Shown here piece by piece: positions 17,680 to 25,507 of a stretch of DNA of 32,000 bases; position 1 is the first letter of the stretch; each line of letters begins with the position of its first letter. The DNA is from an uncultured bacterium. Lineage in GTDB: Bacteria > GCA-001730085. The notes under the pieces were generated by a model, which did not search any database, was not told the origin of the DNA, and worked only from the letters and a program-made list of their open reading frames with translations. A program made the translations under genes and the position numbers. The DNA lies in assembly GCA_964565945.1 (NCBI GenBank), contig CAZMGY010000019.1, positions 101,460-133,459 of the forward strand, given 5' to 3'.

Positions 17680-18069
17680 ATGAGCTTTTATGATGACTTG
17701 AAGTACGATGCCAATGGTTTGATTGCAGCAGTGATTCAAGATGCCAAAACCAAAGACGTTCTTATGGTGGCCTATATGAACAAGAACTCTTTATGTGACA
17801 CGGTTAAAACTGGCAAAACCCATTTTTGGAGTCGCTCACGTCAAAAATATTGGATGAAGGGCGAATCTTCAGGCCATGTCCAAGATGTGAAAGCTATGTT
17901 TTTTGATTGTGATCAAGATTGTGTGGTGATTCATGTAGAGCAAATCGGTGGTGCAGCTTGCCATGTAGGTTATCGGACGTGCTTTTATCGTGAATTCAAT
18001 CGAAAAACCGAAAAGCTAACGGTTATCGAAGAGCCTGTTTTTGATCCTAAGCAAGTTTATAAAAAATAG
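17680..18069 (+). CDS. hisI: Phosphoribosyl-AMP cyclohydrolase (HisI domain only, no HisE domain)
   Basis: GLIAAVIQD, FWSRSRQKYWMKGESSGHVQ, DCDQD...GAACH. Only 129 aa. Confidence 0.9.
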   Translation: MSFYDDLKYDANGLIAAVIQDAKTKDVLMVAYMNKNSLCDTVKTGKTHFWSRSRQKYWMKGESSGHVQDVKAMFFDCDQDCVVIHVEQIGGAACHVGYRTCFYREFNRKTEKLTVIEEPVFDPKQVYKK

Positions 18070-18081
18070 GTGAGGTTTGGT

Positions 18082-19143
18082 GTGTCTGAGGTAAAAACAT
18101 ACGCCATGATTATGGCTGGAGGTGTGGGCGAGCGATTTTGGCCTCAAAGTAGGCAAGCGCGTCCCAAACAATTACTTGATCTGACGGGTTCAGGCTCAGT
18201 GATGCTAAAGGAAACCATCGATCGGTTGTTGCCGCTAATTCCTTGGGAGCATATATTGGTGATGACCAATGCAAGTCAAAAAAAAATGATTCATCAAGTG
18301 ATCTCTGAGCTCAAAGATGAACAAGTGATTGCAGAACCCGTGGGGCGTAACACGGCTGCTTGTGTGGGTTTTGCTGCGTTGTGGATCCAGGATAAGGATC
18401 CCGAGGCCGTAATGCTTGTGTTGCCTGCTGATCACGTGATTCCAGATCAAGAGATTTTTTTACAGACACTCGAAGTGGCTCAAGATTGGGCTCAGAAAGA
18501 TCGTCTGGTGACCATTGGCATGCAGGCATTGCATCCAGAAGTCGAATATGGCTATATTCAGGCTGGAGAGCGACTCGATGAAGAACGCTTTCCTTGTTAC
18601 AAACTTAAGACGTTCAAAGAAAAACCAGACCGTCAAACAGCACAAACATTTCTTGATCAAGGGGGCTATTTGTGGAATAGTGGCATATTTGCCTGGAAAA
18701 CGTCGAAAATTTTGCAAGAAATAGAAGGCTACGAGCCTGAATTGCATCAAGGCTTGCAAAAAGCTTGGGACGAAGGCCTTGAACATCACTATGCTCATTT
18801 GCCCAAATTACCTATTGATGAAGCAGTTATGGAACGTTCGGATTGCGCTATGGTAATCGAAGGACAATTTGCATGGAATGATCTAGGTTTATGGACATCG
18901 ATGCAAACAATGGTCGCGACCAATGTGCAAGGCAACACGCTTATTCAGGGAGACATGGAAACTTTAGATGCGCATGACAATTTGGTGTTGACCGACAAAG
19001 GTGTGGTGGCTTTGATTGGGATTGATGATTGTGTTGTGGTGCGTGATAGAGATGCCGTTTTGGTGTGTCGCAAAGACCGAGCGAAAGATGTGAAAGCTTT
19101 GTTGCAAAACATGCGCGAGCAAGGCAAGGAGTCTTTTCTGTGA
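18082..19143 (+). CDS. Mannose-1-phosphate guanylyltransferase-like sugar nucleotidyltransferase (no C-terminal isomerase/cupin domain)
   Basis: AMIMAGGVGERFWPQSRQARPKQLL matches the ManC/CpsB N-terminal signature (GG.G.RlWPlSR...PKQ), along with LPADHVI. GTG 18082 is preferred because of AGGTGAGG 6 nt upstream. The ORF is open from GTG 18070, directly abutting the hisI stop. Confidence 0.8.
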   Translation: MSEVKTYAMIMAGGVGERFWPQSRQARPKQLLDLTGSGSVMLKETIDRLLPLIPWEHILVMTNASQKKMIHQVISELKDEQVIAEPVGRNTAACVGFAALWIQDKDPEAVMLVLPADHVIPDQEIFLQTLEVAQDWAQKDRLVTIGMQALHPEVEYGYIQAGERLDEERFPCYKLKTFKEKPDRQTAQTFLDQGGYLWNSGIFAWKTSKILQEIEGYEPELHQGLQKAWDEGLEHHYAHLPKLPIDEAVMERSDCAMVIEGQFAWNDLGLWTSMQTMVATNVQGNTLIQGDMETLDAHDNLVLTDKGVVALIGIDDCVVVRDRDAVLVCRKDRAKDVKALLQNMREQGKESFL

Positions 19144-19562
19144 AACCCCGCTATCTCGGTTTGGATTATGGTGATAAGCGTATTGGTGTGGCAATGAGTG
19201 ATGGGCTTTATCTTACGGCTCAACCGAAAGGGGTTATTGCTAACACTGGCCTTAAAGCTGTGCTGAAAGAGATTGATGTGTATGCTAAAGACTATATGAT
19301 TGAAACGATTGTGTTAGGTTTGCCTTTAGGCTTAAGTGGTCAAGACACTGAGCAAACCAAAAAAGTAAGAGGTTTTAAAAATAAACTGGAGAAAAAACTT
19401 TCCTACAAAGTTTGTTTTCACGATGAAAGTTTAACCAGCAAAGAGGCTGAAGCTGTGTTGATTCAAGGGGGTATGAGTCGCAAGAAGCGTAAAGGCAAAA
19501 TTGATGCTATGGCTGCGCAATTAATGTTGCAATCGTACATGGATCAGAACCCCTTGTGCTAA
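19140..19562 (+). CDS. ruvX: Putative pre-16S rRNA nuclease / Holliday-junction-resolvase-like protein YqgF (RuvX)
   Basis: YLGLDYGDKRIGVAMSD is the YqgF N-terminal motif, and DESLTSKEAE is also present. GTG 19140 overlaps the upstream stop (GTGA). The track's upstream extension from 19065 lies inside the preceding gene. Confidence 0.85.
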   Translation: MKPRYLGLDYGDKRIGVAMSDGLYLTAQPKGVIANTGLKAVLKEIDVYAKDYMIETIVLGLPLGLSGQDTEQTKKVRGFKNKLEKKLSYKVCFHDESLTSKEAEAVLIQGGMSRKKRKGKIDAMAAQLMLQSYMDQNPLC

Positions 19563-19585
19563 CAATAACAAAAGGATCAAGACTG

Positions 19586-20851
19586 ATGGTAAAAAAATAT
19601 ACGTGTTCCAATGGGTTAGCCGTGGTTGTGGACGAAATGCCACAGATGCATTCGGCAAGTGTTGGTGTTTGGATTGGTGTTGGTGGGCGTTACGAAACGC
19701 CAGCTCAGGTAGGCTTATCGCATTTTTTGGAACATATCGTTTTTAAGGGAACGCATTCCAGGTCGTGTCAAGAGATTAAAGAGTCAATTGAAGGGATTGG
19801 TGGAGCTTTAAATGCATATACTTCTAAAGAATACACCTGTTTTTATGCCAAAGTTTTGGCCCAGGATTGTTTGAAAGCTGTTGATGTTTTGAGCGATATG
19901 GTTTTTCGTCCTTTGTTTGATCCCAAAGACATCGAGCAAGAAAAAGATGTGATTGTCGAAGAGATCAAAATGTATTTGGATTCTCCAGCACAGCTTGTGC
20001 ATGATCATTTGGACGAAATCTTGTGGCCCGATCATCCGATGAGTTATTGCTTAACAGGTTCTGAAAACAATGTGCGTGAATTTCAACAACAGGATTTTAA
20101 GGATTTTGCTCACAACTACTATTGTCCTCACAATATTGTGATTGCTGTGGCGGGTAATGTGGATGCCGAGAATGTTTTTCAAAGAGTCGAAAAGGCTTGG
20201 GGGCAACTTGAGCAGGGCAAACCTTCTCAACCTTTGGATTGTTCGGAGGACCAAGCACCTTTTCGTATTCAATGGACCACCAAAGATATTGAGCAGGCGC
20301 ATGTCGCCATGGCGTTTTATGCGTACGAGCGAGAACACCCTCTGCGCTATGCGGCAGGTCTTTTGAATATTATTTTGGGTGGCAACATGAGCTCTCGCTT
20401 ATTCAAAGAGTTAAGAGAAGAAAGAGGCTTGGCTTATGATGTGCGCAGCTCAACGTATCGTTATTCTGATGTGGGAACATTTGAAATATCGGCAGGTCTT
20501 GAGCCTCATAAAGTGAAAGAAATGCTTAAGGTAACCTGGCAAGAACTACAAAAAGCCCAACAAACTCAAGTGAGCACTGATGAACTGGAACGCGCACGTG
20601 CCTATTACAAAGGGCGCCTTCAAATGGCGATGGAAAAAACAGCCGAGTGTATGTCTTGGTGTGGCGAAGAGTTGCTGATGACAGGTCGTATGCGTGAGCT
20701 TGGAGATGTTTTGCAAGAGATTGACCGGGTTGAGGTCGATGATATTCAAAAGGTTGCGCAAGATATTTTTTGCAAACAACGTTTTTCGTTAGCAGGTATT
20801 GCCCCTGTGGATGCTACAGATTCTGTTTATGAGGTTTTGAATGCCCTCTAA
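19586..20851 (+). CDS. M16 (insulinase/pitrilysin) family zinc peptidase
   Basis: Inverted zinc motif HFLEHIVFKGT (HxxEH) with a downstream E in EEIKMY. ATG 19586 has AAAAGGA upstream. Confidence 0.85.
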   Translation: MVKKYTCSNGLAVVVDEMPQMHSASVGVWIGVGGRYETPAQVGLSHFLEHIVFKGTHSRSCQEIKESIEGIGGALNAYTSKEYTCFYAKVLAQDCLKAVDVLSDMVFRPLFDPKDIEQEKDVIVEEIKMYLDSPAQLVHDHLDEILWPDHPMSYCLTGSENNVREFQQQDFKDFAHNYYCPHNIVIAVAGNVDAENVFQRVEKAWGQLEQGKPSQPLDCSEDQAPFRIQWTTKDIEQAHVAMAFYAYEREHPLRYAAGLLNIILGGNMSSRLFKELREERGLAYDVRSSTYRYSDVGTFEISAGLEPHKVKEMLKVTWQELQKAQQTQVSTDELERARAYYKGRLQMAMEKTAECMSWCGEELLMTGRMRELGDVLQEIDRVEVDDIQKVAQDIFCKQRFSLAGIAPVDATDSVYEVLNAL

Positions 20852-21494
20852 TGGACAAGTTGAGGGGAGTGAGGGACTTGTCCTCAAACGTTTTACTTGG
20901 CAAGAGGATGGCATTTTATGTATTGTTTTCTCACGGGATTTTGGCAAATTGCTGTTAACAGATCGCCTTATGAAAAAAAAAGAAATTTATGGCGGAAAAA
21001 TGGATTTGTTCAGCCATATCGAATTCGCCTTCCTCAAAGATGATTCCAGCGAATATCAACGCTTGCTTACCGTGGAAAGTCTTGATAAGCACGAAACGAT
21101 CTATAGAGATACGGTGGCTTTATCTTGTGTCTCGCTGTTGAGTGAAGTTGTTGATAGGGCGTCTTACTTTTTTGAGGGCAATCAAGATATCTTTGTGCTT
21201 TTGAAGTCTTTTTTGGATTTTCGCGATATTCAAAATTCTCAAGATCACGAACTACATCACGAACTGCGGTTGGTGGTGTATCTTATTCATTTGTTACGAT
21301 GTTTGGGGCAGGGTTTGCGTATGTTGCCTTCGTGGAATGCAGGGACTCGTCGTTTGCTTAAAGATTTGTATCAACAAGTGCCTTTAGTGGAGGCTCTTTT
21401 CGATGATATGGAGGTGCGAGCAGCACTGAAAGCGATGATTGACCTTTACGAAGAATTGCTAGAAAAAAATCTCAAATCTAAAGTTGCTTTTTAA
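20841..21494 (+). CDS. recO: DNA repair protein RecO-like (short form, no Cys4 zinc motif seen)
   Basis: The N-terminal pattern GLVLKRFTWQEDGILCIVFSRDFGKL resembles the RecO OB-fold start (a.VL....ygE.d.iv.lfT...Gk). The helical C-terminus includes LRLVVYLIHLLRCLGQG (compare fel.lL..lG). It overlaps the M16 gene by 11 nt. Similarity was judged by eye only. Confidence 0.55.
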   Translation: MPSNGQVEGSEGLVLKRFTWQEDGILCIVFSRDFGKLLLTDRLMKKKEIYGGKMDLFSHIEFAFLKDDSSEYQRLLTVESLDKHETIYRDTVALSCVSLLSEVVDRASYFFEGNQDIFVLLKSFLDFRDIQNSQDHELHHELRLVVYLIHLLRCLGQGLRMLPSWNAGTRRLLKDLYQQVPLVEALFDDMEVRAALKAMIDLYEELLEKNLKSKVAF

Positions 21495-21499
21495 TTGGC

Positions 21500-22852
21500 T
21501 TAACTTAAAGACGTGTGAACAAGTTCACTCATCTTGATCAGCTCTGGAATAGACACGTTGTGCTTATGGAAACGTTCCATGAGCTGGGTGTCCAAGATGA
21601 TCTTTTTCTTTTGGGGAACGTAGTGAACATAGATTTTATCGAAGTTTTGGAATTCAAAACTCTGAATCAGAGTGGTAATAATGTCCAAGGACTTATCGAG
21701 AATTTTGATGTAATAGCTATCAAGCAAAGCCAGTGCTTCAGGAGATTGGTTGCGGTCAATATTTATGTTGAATTGGATGATGGAGGTTCCATCTTTTTGT
21801 TTAAGATATTGGCCTGTAACAAATTTGGTGGTGAATAACTTTTTAAGTTTTTTATCTTGGGCAAAGGTAGTGCGAATGCGGTTGGTAACTTGTCGGATGA
21901 CAAACATCGGCACAGATTCATCTTTGAACGTTTGCTGAGAATTATTCCAAGAATGAATATTCTCATGCTCTTTGTATTCTTTGGGAAAACCTTGATAAGT
22001 AAGACCCTGATCGGGGATCTTTTTGTGCAAAGCGTAGATGGTTTCCATGATTTTAGGGGTCAAATGGGTGTTAATTACAAACAGGTATTCGTTTTGATAG
22101 CCTGAAGGAACCTGAAAAGCATAGTCTTTGTAGTGTTCATCTGGTTGGTAGGTTTCTGTCACTTTGATGTAAACCAATGCTTTGAAGCGACTGAGTCTCT
22201 TGGTTTTAATATCAATGATTTCATATTTTTTTTCTGTTTTCATGCTGTGCTCCATCAGCATGGCGAAGAAGGCTGGTGAGACTTTATCGATGCTAATGTT
22301 GTCGGGGAAAAAAGATTTGATAATTTCGTTTGCAGGGGCGGAACGCATCTTTTGGAAAAAAGAGCGCACCATGTTTTCGCCCATAATAACGGGGTTGAAC
22401 TCGATATCCATTTCCATGCGCTGGATGTAATCGTCACGAGAAATTGCTCCCAACATGAACTTTTTGATGTCGTGCACATAGCGTGTGATCACCAGTTCAA
22501 CGCCAGGATTTTTGGTGTCGAATACTACTATTTTATAAAACTGAATATCGTTGGTAGCACTTAGACCAGCACGTGAAGCAGCCAAGGTAACATTATTGAT
22601 TTGTTTCATTGATTTTTCCGAAAGAAAGCGTGCCGAAAGAATAATGTCCTTAACAGGTAGGTAGACATAGAGGGTGTTACCAATGATTTTAGAGGTTAAG
22701 TCTATGTCGTATTCTTTTTTACAAACATCAATCACGCATTGAGCCAGTTCATCACGAGAATAGGTGTTTTGATTTTTTTCAAAACAACCTGTTAAGGAAA
22801 CTAAAAGCAATAAAAGTCCCGCAATACACCAGTGAGTCGATGTTTTTACCAT
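21500..22852 (-). CDS. Lipoprotein of unknown function
   Basis: The signal peptide has a lipobox (LLLLLVSLTG|C). 450 aa with no motif I recognise. Its ATG overlaps the FtsH-like stop by 7 nt (ATGGTAA), implying co-translation with that gene. Confidence 0.7.
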   Translation of the reverse strand: MVKTSTHWCIAGLLLLLVSLTGCFEKNQNTYSRDELAQCVIDVCKKEYDIDLTSKIIGNTLYVYLPVKDIILSARFLSEKSMKQINNVTLAASRAGLSATNDIQFYKIVVFDTKNPGVELVITRYVHDIKKFMLGAISRDDYIQRMEMDIEFNPVIMGENMVRSFFQKMRSAPANEIIKSFFPDNISIDKVSPAFFAMLMEHSMKTEKKYEIIDIKTKRLSRFKALVYIKVTETYQPDEHYKDYAFQVPSGYQNEYLFVINTHLTPKIMETIYALHKKIPDQGLTYQGFPKEYKEHENIHSWNNSQQTFKDESVPMFVIRQVTNRIRTTFAQDKKLKKLFTTKFVTGQYLKQKDGTSIIQFNINIDRNQSPEALALLDSYYIKILDKSLDIITTLIQSFEFQNFDKIYVHYVPQKKKIILDTQLMERFHKHNVSIPELIKMSELVHTSLS

Positions 22853-24510
22853 GGAGGAGTTCCTTCTTCTGTGTCTTCCTTATGAGTGGCGTATGGCTGG
22901 AATGTGGTTTTACCGTACTCCTGGAAGATGGCGTCAATTTCGTCGTATTCAAGCTCTTCTTTTTCGAGAAGTTCTTGAACAAAGCGATCAACGATAGGCC
23001 ATTCTTTATGCAACAGATCTTGGACATCCTTAAGCGCGTTGTTGATAAGCTTGTCCACTTCTTTATTGAGTCGTTTTTTGAGATCTTCTGACAGCAATTC
23101 CTTAGGAATTGCCGCGTAATCCCCAATGGTTGAAACGTTTTCCGACATACCCCAGCTCCATACCATAAGGTTTGCAAGATTTGTGGCTTGGCGGAAGTCC
23201 GAAGAAACACCGTTGGTGGTGGTGCCATATTTGATCTTTTCAGCAACATACCCACCTAGGGCGACCTTAATATCGGCCATGAATTTCTCTTTATTGTGTG
23301 CGTAGAGCTCTTCACGAGGTTGGCGATAGACAACTCCCAATGTTTGTTTCCGCGCAATAATAGAGGCTTTAAATACATCGTCTGTTGGATGGAGAATAAA
23401 GGTTGTTACCAAATGACCCGTTTCGTGATAGGCCGTCATTTCACGTTCATGCGGAGTTAAGCTCTTTTTGTGCTTGATACCGAGTTCAATTCGCTCCATG
23501 GAGCTACTGAGATCTTTATGATCGACAATTTCTTTTTTCTCGCGTAGGGCGATCAATGCTGCTTCTTTAACGATGTTTTCAATTTCCGCGGGCGATTTAT
23601 GAATAGCAATCCGAGCCAAACGCCCAATGTCAATGTTTGGATCGTGCTTAACTTTGTTAAGGTAAAATTCGAAAAGTTTATGACGACCTTCTAGTCCTGG
23701 GCGATCAATGTAGACCTTACGGTCAAAACGACCTGGACGCAAAAGGGCTTCGTCAAGAGAATCTTCTGGCGCATTGGTTGCGCCGATAATGATGATGTTC
23801 TCTTGTTTATCTCCCAAACCATCCATTTCAACCAGTAATTGATTTTGTGTGGCGTTAGTTTCTTGTCCACCTCCAAAACTTAATACTTTTCTCTTTTGAG
23901 CGATGGCATCAATTTCGTCGATAAAGACAATGCAAGAGCCATGTGCTTCGGCTTGGCGACGTGCCTGTTTGAAAAGTTTGCGCATACGTGAAGCACCAAC
24001 ACCCACAAAGACTTCAACAAATTCACTGCCAGCGATTGACATGAAGGGTATACCCGCCTCGGTCGCGATGGCTTTGGCCAAAAGTGTTTTACCACAGCCT
24101 GGAGGACCAACCATTAAAAGACCTTTAAGAATTTTTCCCCCGATCCGTTTGACCTTTTGACGATCACGGATGAGTTCCACTACTTCCCATGCTTCTTCCT
24201 TGGCTTCGTCGATACCGAGAACTTGATCAAAGTGAATATTCACTTGAGTTGCTTTAACCGATTTTTTAGAAAACTTGGAAAATCCATCTCTCAAAACGGT
24301 TAGGTAAAGGAACACAAACACTGCGGCATGAAAAATACCCTGCAAGAGCATGATTGGCATTTGAGCAAGAGTCATACGGCGGTAAAAAGGCTCCATTTTG
24401 CTCAAGCCGAAAATAGAAAGCAAGATCAAAATGATCAGCCCACTGACAACAAGAATAGAAATCCAGTGATCCATAAAAATTAACTTCATGCGCTTAAAAA
24501 AACGGGGCAT
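22846..24510 (-). CDS. ftsH: FtsH-family ATP-dependent zinc metalloprotease (AAA+ plus M41), short form with a minimal extracytoplasmic loop
   Basis: Walker A GPPGCGKTLLAKAIA, pore loop FVEVFVGVGASRMR, Walker B IVFIDEIDA, SRH ATNAPEDSLDEALLRPGRFDR, and zinc site HETGHLV. There are two N-terminal TM helices separated by only ~12 aa. ATG 24510 is preferred because of GAGGAGG 9 nt upstream; the track's TTG 24528 lies inside that SD. Confidence 0.9.
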   Translation of the reverse strand: MPRFFKRMKLIFMDHWISILVVSGLIILILLSIFGLSKMEPFYRRMTLAQMPIMLLQGIFHAAVFVFLYLTVLRDGFSKFSKKSVKATQVNIHFDQVLGIDEAKEEAWEVVELIRDRQKVKRIGGKILKGLLMVGPPGCGKTLLAKAIATEAGIPFMSIAGSEFVEVFVGVGASRMRKLFKQARRQAEAHGSCIVFIDEIDAIAQKRKVLSFGGGQETNATQNQLLVEMDGLGDKQENIIIIGATNAPEDSLDEALLRPGRFDRKVYIDRPGLEGRHKLFEFYLNKVKHDPNIDIGRLARIAIHKSPAEIENIVKEAALIALREKKEIVDHKDLSSSMERIELGIKHKKSLTPHEREMTAYHETGHLVTTFILHPTDDVFKASIIARKQTLGVVYRQPREELYAHNKEKFMADIKVALGGYVAEKIKYGTTTNGVSSDFRQATNLANLMVWSWGMSENVSTIGDYAAIPKELLSEDLKKRLNKEVDKLINNALKDVQDLLHKEWPIVDRFVQELLEKEELEYDEIDAIFQEYGKTTFQPYATHKEDTEEGTPPW

Positions 24511-24555
24511 GCGACGTATCCTCCTCAAGGTTCTACTAACTAATAGATTTAAAGC

Positions 24556-24584
24556 ATTGTATGTGACAAAATACTATTCAGCAA
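24556..24584 (-). promoter_or_regulatory. Candidate sigma70-type promoter for the ftsH-like/lipoprotein pair
   Basis: On the minus strand: TTGCTG (24584-24579), a 17-nt spacer, TACAAT (24561-24556). This sits about 45 nt upstream of ATG 24510. Confidence 0.35.
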
Positions 24585-24743
24585 GGGTAACACAACCATT
24601 TCTACTAAGTCAAATTATCCTAATGAAACCTTAGAGCTTTTACTTGGAGGCTAGGGAGAAGAATTTAGGAAAAAAAGTAACTAAATTTTATTAATTGTCT
24701 TAATAATGAAATGAGTTATATTAGGTTTAAGAAAATTCTTCTC

Positions 24744-24771
24744 TTGAGCTTTATAAAAATTTTGGTAGAAT
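24744..24771 (+). promoter_or_regulatory. Candidate sigma70-type promoter for rpe
   Basis: TTGAGC (24744-24749), a 16-nt spacer, then the extended -10 TGG-TAGAAT (24766-24771). This sits about 58 nt upstream of ATG 24829. Confidence 0.35.
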
Positions 24772-24828
24772 AGAGGGTCAATATCTCAGCCTATACGGTG
24801 TTTTGAAGCAAAGGGTCTATAAGAAGCG

Positions 24829-25488
24829 ATGGAATATAAAATTGCACCATCAATACTTTCGGCAGACTTTAGTCGTCTTGCGGATGATGTAAGTTTGCTT
24901 GAGCAGTGCCAACTCGAAATGCTACATGTGGATGTGATGGATGGGCACTTTGTTCCCAACTTAACCATTGGGCCAGTTGTTATAGATAAGCTACGTCCTC
25001 ATAGTCAGATGCTTTTCGATGTTCATCTTATGTTGCAACACCCTCAGAATTATATTCAAGCTTTTGCACGTGCGGGTACCGATAGTATTACGGTTCATGT
25101 TGAATCCGATCATAATATTCTAGAAACGATTCAGCTGATTCGTCAAAAAGGCAAGAAGGTTGGTGTGTCTTTAAACCCCGACACTTCATCGAATGTTGTG
25201 GAAGGTTTACTCGAGCATGTTGATATGGTTTTATTGATGACTGTGTTTCCAGGTTTTGGTGGACAGCTTTTCATCGAAGATGTGTTGCCTAAGGTGGAAC
25301 AAGTTCGTGAATGGGTGCATACGAAAGGACTAGAACAACAGGTTAATGTGCAAGTGGATGGGGGAATTAACAATCACACTTTGCTTCAAGCCAAAGATGC
25401 TGGAGCGAATGTGTTTGTTGTTGGGAATTATATTTTTGGTCAAGGTAAAATTGTGGAAACAATTGAGCACTTAAAAAGTCTGCTATAG
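24829..25488 (+). CDS. rpe: Ribulose-phosphate 3-epimerase
   Basis: APSILSADFSRL, LHVDVMDGHFVPN, MTVFPGFGGQ.F and VQVDGGIN motifs. Confidence 0.93.
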   Translation: MEYKIAPSILSADFSRLADDVSLLEQCQLEMLHVDVMDGHFVPNLTIGPVVIDKLRPHSQMLFDVHLMLQHPQNYIQAFARAGTDSITVHVESDHNILETIQLIRQKGKKVGVSLNPDTSSNVVEGLLEHVDMVLLMTVFPGFGGQLFIEDVLPKVEQVREWVHTKGLEQQVNVQVDGGINNHTLLQAKDAGANVFVVGNYIFGQGKIVETIEHLKSLL

Positions 25489-25507
25489 CGGCAAGGAGTC
25501 ATAACAT

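Noticed and set aside
1312-25373. Numerous short track ORFs nested in, or antisense to, well-supported genes. Examples: 1312..1578, 1627..1938, 2571..2983, 4421..5093, 5133..5321, 7164..7777, 9722..10184, 11063..11380, 12592..13656, 14161..15249, 16541..17534, 18235..19223, 19808..20779, 21515..22564, 22779..23255, 23691..24160, 25143..25373.
   Set aside because: Each lies wholly within a longer ORF that carries clear family motifs. Their translations are compositionally odd (H/P/R/S/C-rich), with no recognisable domains or ribosome-binding sites.
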